Below are positions 21,507 through 29,689 of a stretch of DNA of 32,000 bases, piece after piece. Made by a program: the position numbers and the translations under genes. This DNA is from Paraburkholderia dipogonis (lineage in GTDB: Bacteria > Pseudomonadota > Gammaproteobacteria > Burkholderiales > Burkholderiaceae): the NCBI RefSeq assembly GCF_046027395.1, contig NZ_JAQQEG010000025.1, forward strand, positions 67,601 to 99,600, in the 5' to 3' direction. The notes below the pieces were generated by a model that had not been told where the DNA came from, did no database searches, and saw nothing but the letters and a program-made list of their open reading frames with translations. Each line of letters begins with the position of its first letter. Position 1 is the first letter of the stretch.

Positions 21507-21517
21507 TAGGAATTCAT
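21507..21517. repeat. right copy of the 11-bp inverted repeat (AGGAATTCATT)
   Basis: Reverse complement of 21152-21162. It lies just inside a 6-bp-stem hairpin (AGAGCA..TGCTCT, 21520-21539) that could terminate the HUH gene. Confidence 0.5.
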
Positions 21518-21613
21518 TAAAGAGCATTGCGTGGTGCTCTTCGAAGTGAAAGCTGCGAGGACGATTACGTCAGCAACGCAGCATGGACTACTTGGTGGGG
21601 TCTTGCTTTATTG

Positions 21614-22126
21614 TTATCGGCTATCAGGAACGTACACATTCCCGTAGTCAACGCTGTCGGCGTTGCCCATGCCGACTTCCTTCGTGATGTAGTTGAGCCA
21701 GTCATCGCCGTACATTATCTGCACGTCGATCTGCTCGTTACCGAAGCTGGTTTTCCGCCATGCGTTACGTATTGCCTCGACTATCTCCTCATGGCTCTTT
21801 TCCTCACGGAAGTTTCCCATGACGCAGTGGTAATGCAGGTTCTTTCCGGTCGCCACACCTTCCAGCACAGGAATCACGTAGTGGCACTTCGGCCCATTCC
21901 CGTACATGCTTCGATTCAGGCGACTCATGAAGTGTCGGAAGTTTTTTCGCGCTTCCTCAGCAGTCAACGTTTGGACTGTCTGCCCTTTGTCCGTTCCGAC
22001 GATTCGATACTGTTTCATCGTGAGCGTAACGGCATGCGTCATCCACGATCGGTAGCCAAGCATCCAGTCGCGTGTCGCTGTCTTTATATCTGTATTTTTC
22101 GTCATAGCCGTATTTATGCCGGCCAC
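21614..22126 (-). CDS. compact HUH-superfamily endonuclease (Rep/relaxase-like)
   Basis: 170 aa carrying the three Rep motifs in order and with plausible spacing: motif I HAVTLTM, motif II (HUH) NLHYHCVMG, motif III (YxxK) LNYITKEV. Start is uncertain (GTG at 22126 or ATG at 22105; no clear SD). The antisense ORF 21527..22138 was rejected. Confidence 0.6.
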   Translation of the reverse strand: MAGINTAMTKNTDIKTATRDWMLGYRSWMTHAVTLTMKQYRIVGTDKGQTVQTLTAEEARKNFRHFMSRLNRSMYGNGPKCHYVIPVLEGVATGKNLHYHCVMGNFREEKSHEEIVEAIRNAWRKTSFGNEQIDVQIMYGDDWLNYITKEVGMGNADSVDYGNVYVPDSR

Positions 22127-22217
22127 GGCGTAACCTGACGGTTAGTGTCACAATCCTATTGATTTCATTGGCAAGCGGCTACATCCTGGATTGCACCAAA
22201 TAACTCAGGAGTCCAAT

Positions 22218-22661
22218 ATGAGCACGCTTACTAGCCTGAAACTCGTCGCCGCAAAGCGTCCCGGCTCGCTGCCGCAGATCGTGCAGCGTCGTAACCGTCT
22301 GATCTCGAAAATCTGGGAACAGACAGAACTCGCCAAGGCTCAGCAAGCTGGCACGGCGTTTCGGCCGACTCTGTTCCGTTCGGTGAAGGACGCAGAAACC
22401 GGCGGGCGCCGTAACGTGGAAGTGCAGAAGCGTGTGCGTGCTTGGTGGTGGACTGCCGAAAACGGCAAAGTCTGCATGCACGTCCGCTACGGAACGAAAA
22501 CTCTCGAACTGGCAAAGGGCAAGACGGCCATCGAGATCGGTACGCTCGATGACCTGATCCCGACACTTGAAATGCTCAAGGTCGCAGTCGCAGCCGGCGA
22601 ACTCGACGCTCAAATCGAAGCCGTCAGCGGTCAGATGCGTACGGGCTTCGTTGGCAAATGA
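22218..22661 (+). CDS. conserved hypothetical protein (island-associated family, name not recalled with confidence)
   Basis: GGAG RBS and ATG at 22218. MSTLTSLKLVAAKRPGSLPQIVQRRNRLISKIWEQTELAKAQ...RVRAWWWTAENGKVCMHVRYG...AVAAGELDAQIE resembles proteins I recall from Pseudomonas/Burkholderia islands. It is divergent from the HUH gene. Confidence 0.65.
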   Translation: MSTLTSLKLVAAKRPGSLPQIVQRRNRLISKIWEQTELAKAQQAGTAFRPTLFRSVKDAETGGRRNVEVQKRVRAWWWTAENGKVCMHVRYGTKTLELAKGKTAIEIGTLDDLIPTLEMLKVAVAAGELDAQIEAVSGQMRTGFVGK

Positions 22662-22856
22662 ATGCGCTGGGGACTGCTTGACCCGGCAGTCCTTGTTCGC
22701 AAATCGGCGCGAATACTTCGTTCCCAAACCGGTTCCAGTTGTATTGCTTATCAGTGCACATCTGTGCTTGCATTACATACTGGGCGGGCGCAACGCTATA
22801 GGAGCCGAATGTGGTTGGAGGCTTCTTGAAAAAAATGGCGGCCTCCATGGCCATCC

Positions 22857-23417
22857 TCACTTGCCGAAAAATTCAGAAAATTGTTTGAAAGACGGGCATT
22901 TCCTCCGAACAGAACCGACGTCGAGCCTTTCGGCAATCAATTTGTTATGTACGCTGTTGACATATGCCGTGGTCTTGTTCGATAGGAGCCACACCTTGTC
23001 ACGGATATATTCTTTCGGCGAGGGAATCGTCTCGGGATGGTGGACCGCTTTCAGTTCCTTTTGCAGATTCAGCGCTGACGTGATCGCGGAAACATCGCTC
23101 AGTAACCACGCCTCCAGTTCTTCCGCGGGTATTACAACAGCTTGCGTAGAAGCTGTGCTCTTTTCCAGGATTGCCTCTAGGGTCGTTCTAAGCGCTTTCG
23201 CATCGTTACGATCCAAATCATGAACGAGCAAAATTTTTGTGCATCCCTTATGCGCCAGATCTTTGCACCACCCTGGGGTCTTCTTCTTGAGTGGTCCGCA
23301 ACCTTTGCCTGTGAAGTGCGCAGTCGAAACGGGCTTGCCCGTGATTTTTCTGGCTAACAATTTCAGCACTTCGACGTCGCTCGGATCCTCGGCGATAATG
23401 CCAATCTTCGCCGGCAT
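22857..23417 (-). CDS. TOPRIM-like protein (DUF4276-like, from memory)
   Basis: MPAKIGIIAEDPSDVEVL supplies the acidic E/D after strand 1. ILLVHDLDRND is a DxD motif. VVIPAEELEAWLL supplies a late conserved E. The C-terminal ...RKCPSFKQF matches my memory of DUF4276. Its ATG overlaps the ATPase stop (TAATG). Confidence 0.75.
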   Translation of the reverse strand: MPAKIGIIAEDPSDVEVLKLLARKITGKPVSTAHFTGKGCGPLKKKTPGWCKDLAHKGCTKILLVHDLDRNDAKALRTTLEAILEKSTASTQAVVIPAEELEAWLLSDVSAITSALNLQKELKAVHHPETIPSPKEYIRDKVWLLSNKTTAYVNSVHNKLIAERLDVGSVRRKCPSFKQFSEFFGK

Positions 23418-24700
23418 TATGATAGCCCTCCGCTGCGCCAATATTCCCCGAGCGAACCCGTTTCCGCGAGATAGGTATGAAGGGCACGCTTGGCATCCTT
23501 CGTCAGCCAATTGTCAAGTTGCTTTACTTGGGTGCCGTTGCGCGCCATTTCGACTACGAAAATATTCTCTGTTTCGAGTTGATCGACGAGCAGATCGGAG
23601 TGCGTCGAAATGAAGGTTTGCTTGGTTTTTGAGTAGGCTTTTAGAGTGTCGACAACGCGTGAGAGGAGGCCGTGATGCACGCAGACCTCTGGCTCTTCGA
23701 CCATGAGCAACCGGCTTGAATCAGTAATTATATAAAAAGCAAGCGCCAGCGTTTTAAACGTTCCCTCAGAGAGCTGGTTGAACGTGATGTAAGAAGATCC
23801 AATCTGTACTTTTGGAATTACAAGTGTCTTCCGCTTCCTGACCTTCTTTACCCCGCCTCCACTGCGAACTTCCGCCGTAGAAGAACTGAGCTCGATCTCT
23901 TTCCACGTGATGCGGCTAAGGAGTCCAAGTTGTTGGCGCGAGACAAACCTACAATAAGCATCATACAGTGCTTCGTTTAGCACCTTTAGCCGGTACAGAT
24001 CGTAGATGAAACGCAAATGAGGTGCCGACGAACCGTACGAGTCTGCTAGACGGCCGTCCTCATCAACTTCGAAGCTGCTCGGACATCGAACAGGATCAGT
24101 GAAGCGCGAGGCACTATAGTAGGTGATCCCTGCGCGAAAATCGGCGATCGACGAAACTGCGTCGACGATTGTTGGGTCCCGCATCAAATCGATTCCCGAC
24201 CGATCGATATCCATTTTGCTGACCTGGCCAAACCGAGCTTCGCCGTTGAACAAGAAAAAATCTTCTTGATAATATTGCGCCTTTGCGCTATCGCGGAAAA
24301 ATTCGATCGGTGGTAAGTTTCGCCACGATTTTGAACCAGTGATACTCTGAAGATTCCAAGCTTCCGAAACCGCAACGAGTTCGTCCCGACGTGTGGATTC
24401 CATAATGCTGAAGCGCATCCTTAATCCAATTCGCTTATCGTTTCCGCCAAGCCTGAACCAAGCAGTAACTTCCGAGTCCGCCCCCTTTCCAAGCTGTTCA
24501 AGTGCTCTCTTATTGAATCGCCCCTGCTTGCTGTTCAACAAGCGAACGGCTTGCAAAATGTTAGTTTTCCCTGCTCCATTGACCCCGATAAGGGCCGATA
24601 GGTCCTTATCGGGCGCAAAGCTGGTCGATAGGCAAGATCTGTAACCCTTGATTTCAAGTTGCTCAAGGCGGACATCTTCCGCTGTTCCGTTTGGCGCCAT
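23417..24700 (-). CDS. ABC/SMC-type (AAA_15/AAA_21-like) ATPase
   Basis: The ATG at 24700 gives MAPNGTAEDVRLEQLEIKGYRS.. Walker A GVNGAGKTN. Signature-like LSEGTFKTLAL. Walker B/D-loop LLMVEEPEVCVH. H-loop FISTHSDLL. The large insertion between Walker A and the signature is typical of OLD/PARIS-type ATPases. Confidence 0.85.
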   Translation of the reverse strand: MAPNGTAEDVRLEQLEIKGYRSCLSTSFAPDKDLSALIGVNGAGKTNILQAVRLLNSKQGRFNKRALEQLGKGADSEVTAWFRLGGNDKRIGLRMRFSIMESTRRDELVAVSEAWNLQSITGSKSWRNLPPIEFFRDSAKAQYYQEDFFLFNGEARFGQVSKMDIDRSGIDLMRDPTIVDAVSSIADFRAGITYYSASRFTDPVRCPSSFEVDEDGRLADSYGSSAPHLRFIYDLYRLKVLNEALYDAYCRFVSRQQLGLLSRITWKEIELSSSTAEVRSGGGVKKVRKRKTLVIPKVQIGSSYITFNQLSEGTFKTLALAFYIITDSSRLLMVEEPEVCVHHGLLSRVVDTLKAYSKTKQTFISTHSDLLVDQLETENIFVVEMARNGTQVKQLDNWLTKDAKRALHTYLAETGSLGEYWRSGGLS

Positions 24701-25011
24701 TCTTATCGCTCGTTTTGATACTAGGAGGAGTAAAGCACCCGACCGTAGCAAAGGTTGGCAGCATTATGCCGCATGGTCAGGACTGTTCTTCTTCGATAGG
24801 TCTCTGCGTATGTCGGTGCCCGCGCGACTACTACCTCTCTGGTTGACGGCAAATGCAGCGAGCTTCTTTAGCACGATGTGAAGCGACGAGGCCTCGGCAA
24901 CGCATCGGGTCGACTACACAATAAGCCGTGGGGAGACAATTGCCCTCGGCTCTACCTCGATCGCGTATTCCAGCCGCATAAATACTTGCACAACCGAGGA
25001 GACTTATTACC

Positions 25012-25197
25012 GTGAGATACGAAGAAATCCTGACCCGCTCCGATCTGCGTGAAGTCAAAGACCTTGAGACGCAGCGTATCGACGCGCAAAAGCTAGCGGC
25101 CAAGCGCCAGACGGTCGCCGCCAAGCGCGCCGACATCCAACATAAGATGCAGAAGCTGCAAAAGCAGCTTGCTGATCTCAACGCAAAACCGATCTAG
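25012..25197 (+). CDS. possible small coiled-coil protein (61 aa)
   Basis: GTG start about 10 nt after GAGGAG. The product is heptad-like and charged (..KLAAKRQTVAAKRADIQHKMQKLQKQLADLNAKP). It is short with no recognised family, so this is weak. Confidence 0.3.
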   Translation: MRYEEILTRSDLREVKDLETQRIDAQKLAAKRQTVAAKRADIQHKMQKLQKQLADLNAKPI

Positions 25198-25405
25198 GGG
25201 CAGCGAGCGGACGGCAGCAAAAGAAGGGCCTGATCACTCGTCATTCGTGTGTACTGTGTAAACACCGGGCGCTCACCAGCTTGAAGTGACTGCTGCTGCT
25301 TGACTTGATAATGTTTAGTTATGTAGATTGCTGACTTTAGTACTTTGTGTAGTACTTGATGGAAAAATCTTTTAAAAACAATGCCAATCCTGATGTTCCG
25401 CATTC

Positions 25406-25455
25406 TTCGGGACGTAGAGGCCGGAGGTTCGAATCCTCTCACCCCGACCAGATTT
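25406..25455 (+). repeat. attR: second copy of the 50-bp tRNA-Pro 3'-half repeat
   Basis: Identical to 9563-9612. The tRNA 5' half is absent here, so this is not a functional tRNA. Confidence 0.9.
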
Positions 25456-25480
25456 GCCTTGTTAGTTCAAGGCTCGAAAA

Positions 25481-25508
25481 ACCGCCCAGCTTGCTCGGCG
25501 GTTTTTTT
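25481..25508 (+). terminator. intrinsic terminator, presumably the original tRNA-Pro terminator displaced by the island
   Basis: ACCGCC (25481-25486) pairs with GGCGGT (25497-25502), followed by T7. It starts 26 nt after the attR tRNA remnant. Confidence 0.7.
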
Positions 25509-25667
25509 GTTTTTGGGTCACGTACGGCGTGTTCGCCGAGTGTCGTTCGCCACACGCGCCTTGCGCCGCGGCTGCCGTCCGCCCCTGTCTTTTGCCGCCG
25601 TGCCAAACGGCGCGCGCAAGCCCCTCTGCTATATTCTCTTCATCCTTTCCCCTATCCTTCACGACGC

Positions 25668-26966
25668 GTGGAACAACTTCCCTTATGGGCGCAGATCGGC
25701 GCCGTCTTTCTGCTGCTTGTCTGCTCGAGCTTTTTTTCCATTTCCGAAACGGCGATGATGGCGATCAACCGCCATCGCCTGAAACATCTTGCCAACCAGA
25801 ACGCGCTCGGCGCGAAGACCACGCAGGGTCTACTGGCGCACACCGATCAACTGCTGAGCGTCGTGCTGATCGGCAACAATCTGTTCAACACGATCATTCC
25901 GGTGCTCACCACCTCGATCGCGCTGCACACGTTCGGCCGTAACAATCTGGTGCTGTCGATCGCGACCGGTATCGTCGCGTTTCTGATCATCGTGTTCGCG
26001 GAGATTACGCCGAAGATCGTCGGCGCGACGTTCCCGGAAAAGATCGCGCTGCCCGCAAGCCTGCTGATCGCGCCGATGATGCGCGTCGCCAAACCGCTCG
26101 TCTGGTTTGTCAATCTGTTCGCGAACGCCATCTTGCGCGTGCTGCACATCAATACGAAAGGCGCGCACGACCAGCGCCTGTCGACCGAAGAGCTGCGCAC
26201 CATCGTGCTCGAGTCCGGCAGCTTCATGCCGACCAAACACCGCAGCATTCTGCTGAACCTGTTCGACCTCGAAAACATTTCCGTCGACGACGTGATGATC
26301 CCGCGCCGCCGCATCGAGGCGCTCGATTTCGACGCGCCGTTCGAACAGATCCTGCATCAACTCGAAACCTGCTATCACAACAAGCTGATCGTCTATCAAG
26401 GCGACATCGACCGGGTGCTCGGCGTGCTGCACGTACGCAAAACGCTGGCCGCGCTACACAACCAGGAACTCGAACGCGAGACGCTGCGTGAGTTGCTCGC
26501 CGAGCCGTACTTCGTCCCGAGCGGCACACCGGTGTTCCAGCAGTTGCAATTCTTCCAGGAGAGCCGTCACCGCACGGCGCTGGTCGTCAACGAATACGGC
26601 GAGTTGCAGGGGCTCGTCACGCCGGAAGACATCATCGAGGAACTGATCGGCGAATTCACCACGTCGATTCCGCGCGGCGCCAATTCGCGCGGCGGCTGGA
26701 ACGAGAACGGCGAATGCATCGTGGCCGGCAGCATGCCGCTGCGCGAACTGAACCGCTGGCTGCATCTCACGCTACCCACCGATGGGCCGAAAACGCTCAA
26801 CGGCCTGATCCTCGAAATTCTCGAAGACATTCCCGACGGCGACGTGTGCGTGCAGATCGGCGAAGTCAAACTCGAGGTGATGCGCAGCGATGATCAGGCG
26901 ATTCGTACGGTCAAGCTGTTCAGACCGCCGACGCGCGCGAAGGCCAGCAAGGTATTGCGCGGCTAG
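25668..26966 (+). CDS. HlyC/CorC family transporter (CNNM/DUF21 TM domain + CBS pair + CorC_HlyC)
   Basis: The GTG at 25668 gives (M)EQLPLWAQIGAVFLLLVCSSFFSISETAMMAINRHRL... The track start at 25356 would read through attR and the terminator, so I rejected it. Confidence 0.85.
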   Translation: MEQLPLWAQIGAVFLLLVCSSFFSISETAMMAINRHRLKHLANQNALGAKTTQGLLAHTDQLLSVVLIGNNLFNTIIPVLTTSIALHTFGRNNLVLSIATGIVAFLIIVFAEITPKIVGATFPEKIALPASLLIAPMMRVAKPLVWFVNLFANAILRVLHINTKGAHDQRLSTEELRTIVLESGSFMPTKHRSILLNLFDLENISVDDVMIPRRRIEALDFDAPFEQILHQLETCYHNKLIVYQGDIDRVLGVLHVRKTLAALHNQELERETLRELLAEPYFVPSGTPVFQQLQFFQESRHRTALVVNEYGELQGLVTPEDIIEELIGEFTTSIPRGANSRGGWNENGECIVAGSMPLRELNRWLHLTLPTDGPKTLNGLILEILEDIPDGDVCVQIGEVKLEVMRSDDQAIRTVKLFRPPTRAKASKVLRG

Positions 26967-27140
26967 GCCAGTAGACGTAACCGCGCGACGCGGCCGAACA
27001 CCACAGTCAGGCACGACACGCAGCAGCATCCCACACAGGCGCCGCGCGCGCCATTAGCCGAACGGCTGAGTAGCGGCGCCCGCCGCCTTACCGGAAGATG
27101 AAGCCGTCGTGTTCTACAGGCGGCTCATCACCGGTCTCTC

Positions 27141-28436
27141 ATGCAAGCTTCTTTTCAACCCGCGGCGGCATCGCCGCGTCCCATCGCAAACGCCCACGAA
27201 AGCGCAGTCAAGGCGAAACCGAAGGCATTCTCACCCGACCTCAGCGCATCAAGCCTCACCGATCCAGACAACGCTCCCGCCGTACGTCTGTTGACCGACA
27301 CATTGCAGGAAGCAACCCGCCGCAACGCGTCAGACCTTCACATCGAGCCGGCGGAACACGGCTGGCGCGTGCGCTTACGAATCGACCGCGTACTGCACGA
27401 AATCCTGCCGCCGCCCGCGCATCTGCGTGATGCATTCATCACTCGTGTGAAGGTGCTCGCTCGCATGGATATCGCGGAGCGTCGCGTGCCGCAAGACGGC
27501 CGGCTTCGTATTTCGACTTCGCCCGGACGCGTCGAAGACTATCGCGTCAACTCGCTGCCGACGCTATTCGGCGAGAAACTCGTGCTGCGCAGACTCGACG
27601 CGCTGCCCGCCGATCTCTCACTCGACTTGCTCGGCCTCGATCTGCGCCAACGCGAGACAATGGACGCAGCGATTCGCGCGCCGCACGGCCTCGTGCTCGT
27701 CACCGGTCCCACTGGAAGCGGCAAGACGTTGTCGCTGTATTGTTTCCTGAACCTGCTCAACGGCGAAACGCGCAATCTCTGTTCAGTGGAAGATCCCGCG
27801 GAGATCCAGTTGGCCGGCATCAATCAGGTCAGCGTGCGCGAGAAAGCCGGGCTCACTTTCGCGGTCGCGTTGCGCGCATTTCTCCGTCAGGACCCCGATG
27901 TGATCATGGTCGGTGAAATCCGTGACGAAGAGACCGCCGACGTCGCCGTAAAAGCCGCCCAAACTGGCCACCTCGTCCTGTCGACCCTGCATACGAACGA
28001 CGCGCCGGCAGCCGTCGCGCGCCTGATCGACATCGGCGTCGAGCCGTATAACCTCGCGGCCGCGTTGCGGATGGTGACCGCACAACGGCTGGTGCGACGG
28101 CTGTGCGTCGCGTGCCGCGTGCCGGCGCCGCAGTCGGTCGCGGCGCTGCGAGCGGCGGGTTTCAGCGAGCATCAACTCGACGGCTGGCAACCTTACGCCG
28201 CGGCCGGATGCACTGCGTGTCACGGCATCGGTTATCGGGGCCGCGTCGGAGTTCATCAGGTGATGCCCGTGTCTGATGCGATGCGAGAGTTGATCGTCGC
28301 AAGCGCCGGCACGCATGAACTCGCGCGGCTCGCGCAAACCGAACAGGTGGGCACCTTGCGCGACGCGGCATTGGCTCGTGTGCGCGATGGCACCACCAGT
28401 CTCGCTGAAGCGCTCGCCGCCACTGAGGTCGCATGA
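27141..28436 (+). CDS. pilB: GspE/PilB family type IV pilus (type II secretion-like) assembly ATPase
   Basis: Walker A VTGPTGSGKT, Asp box, Walker B DPDVIMVGEIRD, His box, tetracysteine CVACR...CTACHGIGYRGR. It is short (431 aa) and the start is not verified. Confidence 0.85.
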   Translation: MQASFQPAAASPRPIANAHESAVKAKPKAFSPDLSASSLTDPDNAPAVRLLTDTLQEATRRNASDLHIEPAEHGWRVRLRIDRVLHEILPPPAHLRDAFITRVKVLARMDIAERRVPQDGRLRISTSPGRVEDYRVNSLPTLFGEKLVLRRLDALPADLSLDLLGLDLRQRETMDAAIRAPHGLVLVTGPTGSGKTLSLYCFLNLLNGETRNLCSVEDPAEIQLAGINQVSVREKAGLTFAVALRAFLRQDPDVIMVGEIRDEETADVAVKAAQTGHLVLSTLHTNDAPAAVARLIDIGVEPYNLAAALRMVTAQRLVRRLCVACRVPAPQSVAALRAAGFSEHQLDGWQPYAAAGCTACHGIGYRGRVGVHQVMPVSDAMRELIVASAGTHELARLAQTEQVGTLRDAALARVRDGTTSLAEALAATEVA

Positions 28437-29662
28437 ACACGGCCACGACCCAACGGGCTCTGGCCTCCGACATGCGTTTCAAATGGCGCGGTGTCGATGC
28501 CGACGGCGTGCGGAAAAACGGCGCGCTCATCGCACCGGATGCGGCCGTCGCGCGCTCAGTGCTCAAGCGCGACAATCTGTTCATCGTCGAACTCACGGCG
28601 CACGGACCGGCACCGCGTCCGACCGCACGCGCCGCGGACATCACGCTATTCACCCGGCAGCTCGCCAGCCTGCTGCGCGCCGGCCTGCCGCTCGCGCCCG
28701 CGCTGGACCTGCTCGCGCAAGCGCAGGCTTCACGCCGCCAGGGCATGCCGCGGATCGTCGGCGCCCTCGCGCGCGACATCACTGGCGGACTGCGATTCTC
28801 GGCAGCATTGCAGCGACATCCCGGCCAATTCAACGCGCTCTACTGCCAGCTCGTCGAAGTCGGCGAAGCAGCCGGCGCGCTCGCGGCCGTCCTCGCCCGC
28901 ATCGCCGATGATCGCGAACGCGCCGCCGCGCAGCGCGCCAAGGTGCGCGCGGCGCTGACCTATCCCGTCGCGATTCTCGTGCTGGCAATGTCGATCACCG
29001 CGGCATTGCTCGTGTGGGTCGTGCCGACTTTCAAACAGATCTTCGACGGCTTCGGCGCCAGACTGCCCGCACCGACGCAGTTCGTGCTGGCGTTGTCGTC
29101 CGGCGTGGCGCGATGGAGCGTACCGGCATTCGCAATGATCTTCGCAACTGGTTCGGCAGCGACGTTTCTACTGCGACGTTCCGAAGCCGCGCGCATCCGT
29201 TTTGCGCGCATATCGCTGACAATACCGGTCGCCGGTCCGCTGCTGCGCACGTTGTGCGCGGCGCGCTGGAGCCGTGCGCTCGGCACTTTGTTATCAGCCG
29301 GCACACCGCTGGCCGACGCGTTCGATTCGCTGACTCACGCCACCGGCAACGCCTTCTTCGACCGCGCCACCGTGGATATCGCCGCGCGGCTGCGGCGTGG
29401 CGAGCGACTCGCCGCCGCGATGCGCGCGGCACACTGCTTTCCGCCCGAGGTCGTGCAGCCGATCGCGGTTGCCGAGGAGTCCGGAGCACTCGACACCATG
29501 CTGATCGACGTGGCGTCGCTCGCTGATCGTCAGGTAGACGAAAAGATCGGCATGCTGTCGAGCCTGTGCGAGCCGCTCGTCATCATTGTGCTCGGTGCGC
29601 TGGTCGGCGGCCTCGTGATCGCGATGTATCTTCCCATTATTCAACTCGGCAACGTGGTGTAG
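28433..29662 (+). CDS. pilC: type IV pilus / T2SS platform protein (GspF/PilC family)
   Basis: 409 aa with two GspF repeats and TM segments. Its ATG overlaps the pilB stop (ATGA). Confidence 0.9.
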   Translation: MNTATTQRALASDMRFKWRGVDADGVRKNGALIAPDAAVARSVLKRDNLFIVELTAHGPAPRPTARAADITLFTRQLASLLRAGLPLAPALDLLAQAQASRRQGMPRIVGALARDITGGLRFSAALQRHPGQFNALYCQLVEVGEAAGALAAVLARIADDRERAAAQRAKVRAALTYPVAILVLAMSITAALLVWVVPTFKQIFDGFGARLPAPTQFVLALSSGVARWSVPAFAMIFATGSAATFLLRRSEAARIRFARISLTIPVAGPLLRTLCAARWSRALGTLLSAGTPLADAFDSLTHATGNAFFDRATVDIAARLRRGERLAAAMRAAHCFPPEVVQPIAVAEESGALDTMLIDVASLADRQVDEKIGMLSSLCEPLVIIVLGALVGGLVIAMYLPIIQLGNVV

Positions 29663-29689
29663 GATCGCAGCCGAATCCATCCTTAATCT

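Larger units (their letters stand above)
9563..25455. mobile_element. tRNA-Pro-integrated genomic island (about 15.8 kb), probably composite
   Basis: Perfect 50-bp direct repeats at both ends. An integrase gene sits beside attL. GC is visibly lower than in the flanks: I counted 25/60 G+C in the line starting 23701 and 48/60 in the line starting 28681. A second, truncated integrase and an extra recombinase lie inside. Confidence 0.85.

Noticed and set aside
25356-25667. N-terminal 104 codons of the 536-aa track ORF for the CorC/HlyC transporter
   Set aside because: This extension would be translated across the attR tRNA remnant and a strong terminator. The conserved protein begins at the GVFLLL.. 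TM region just after the GTG at 25668.
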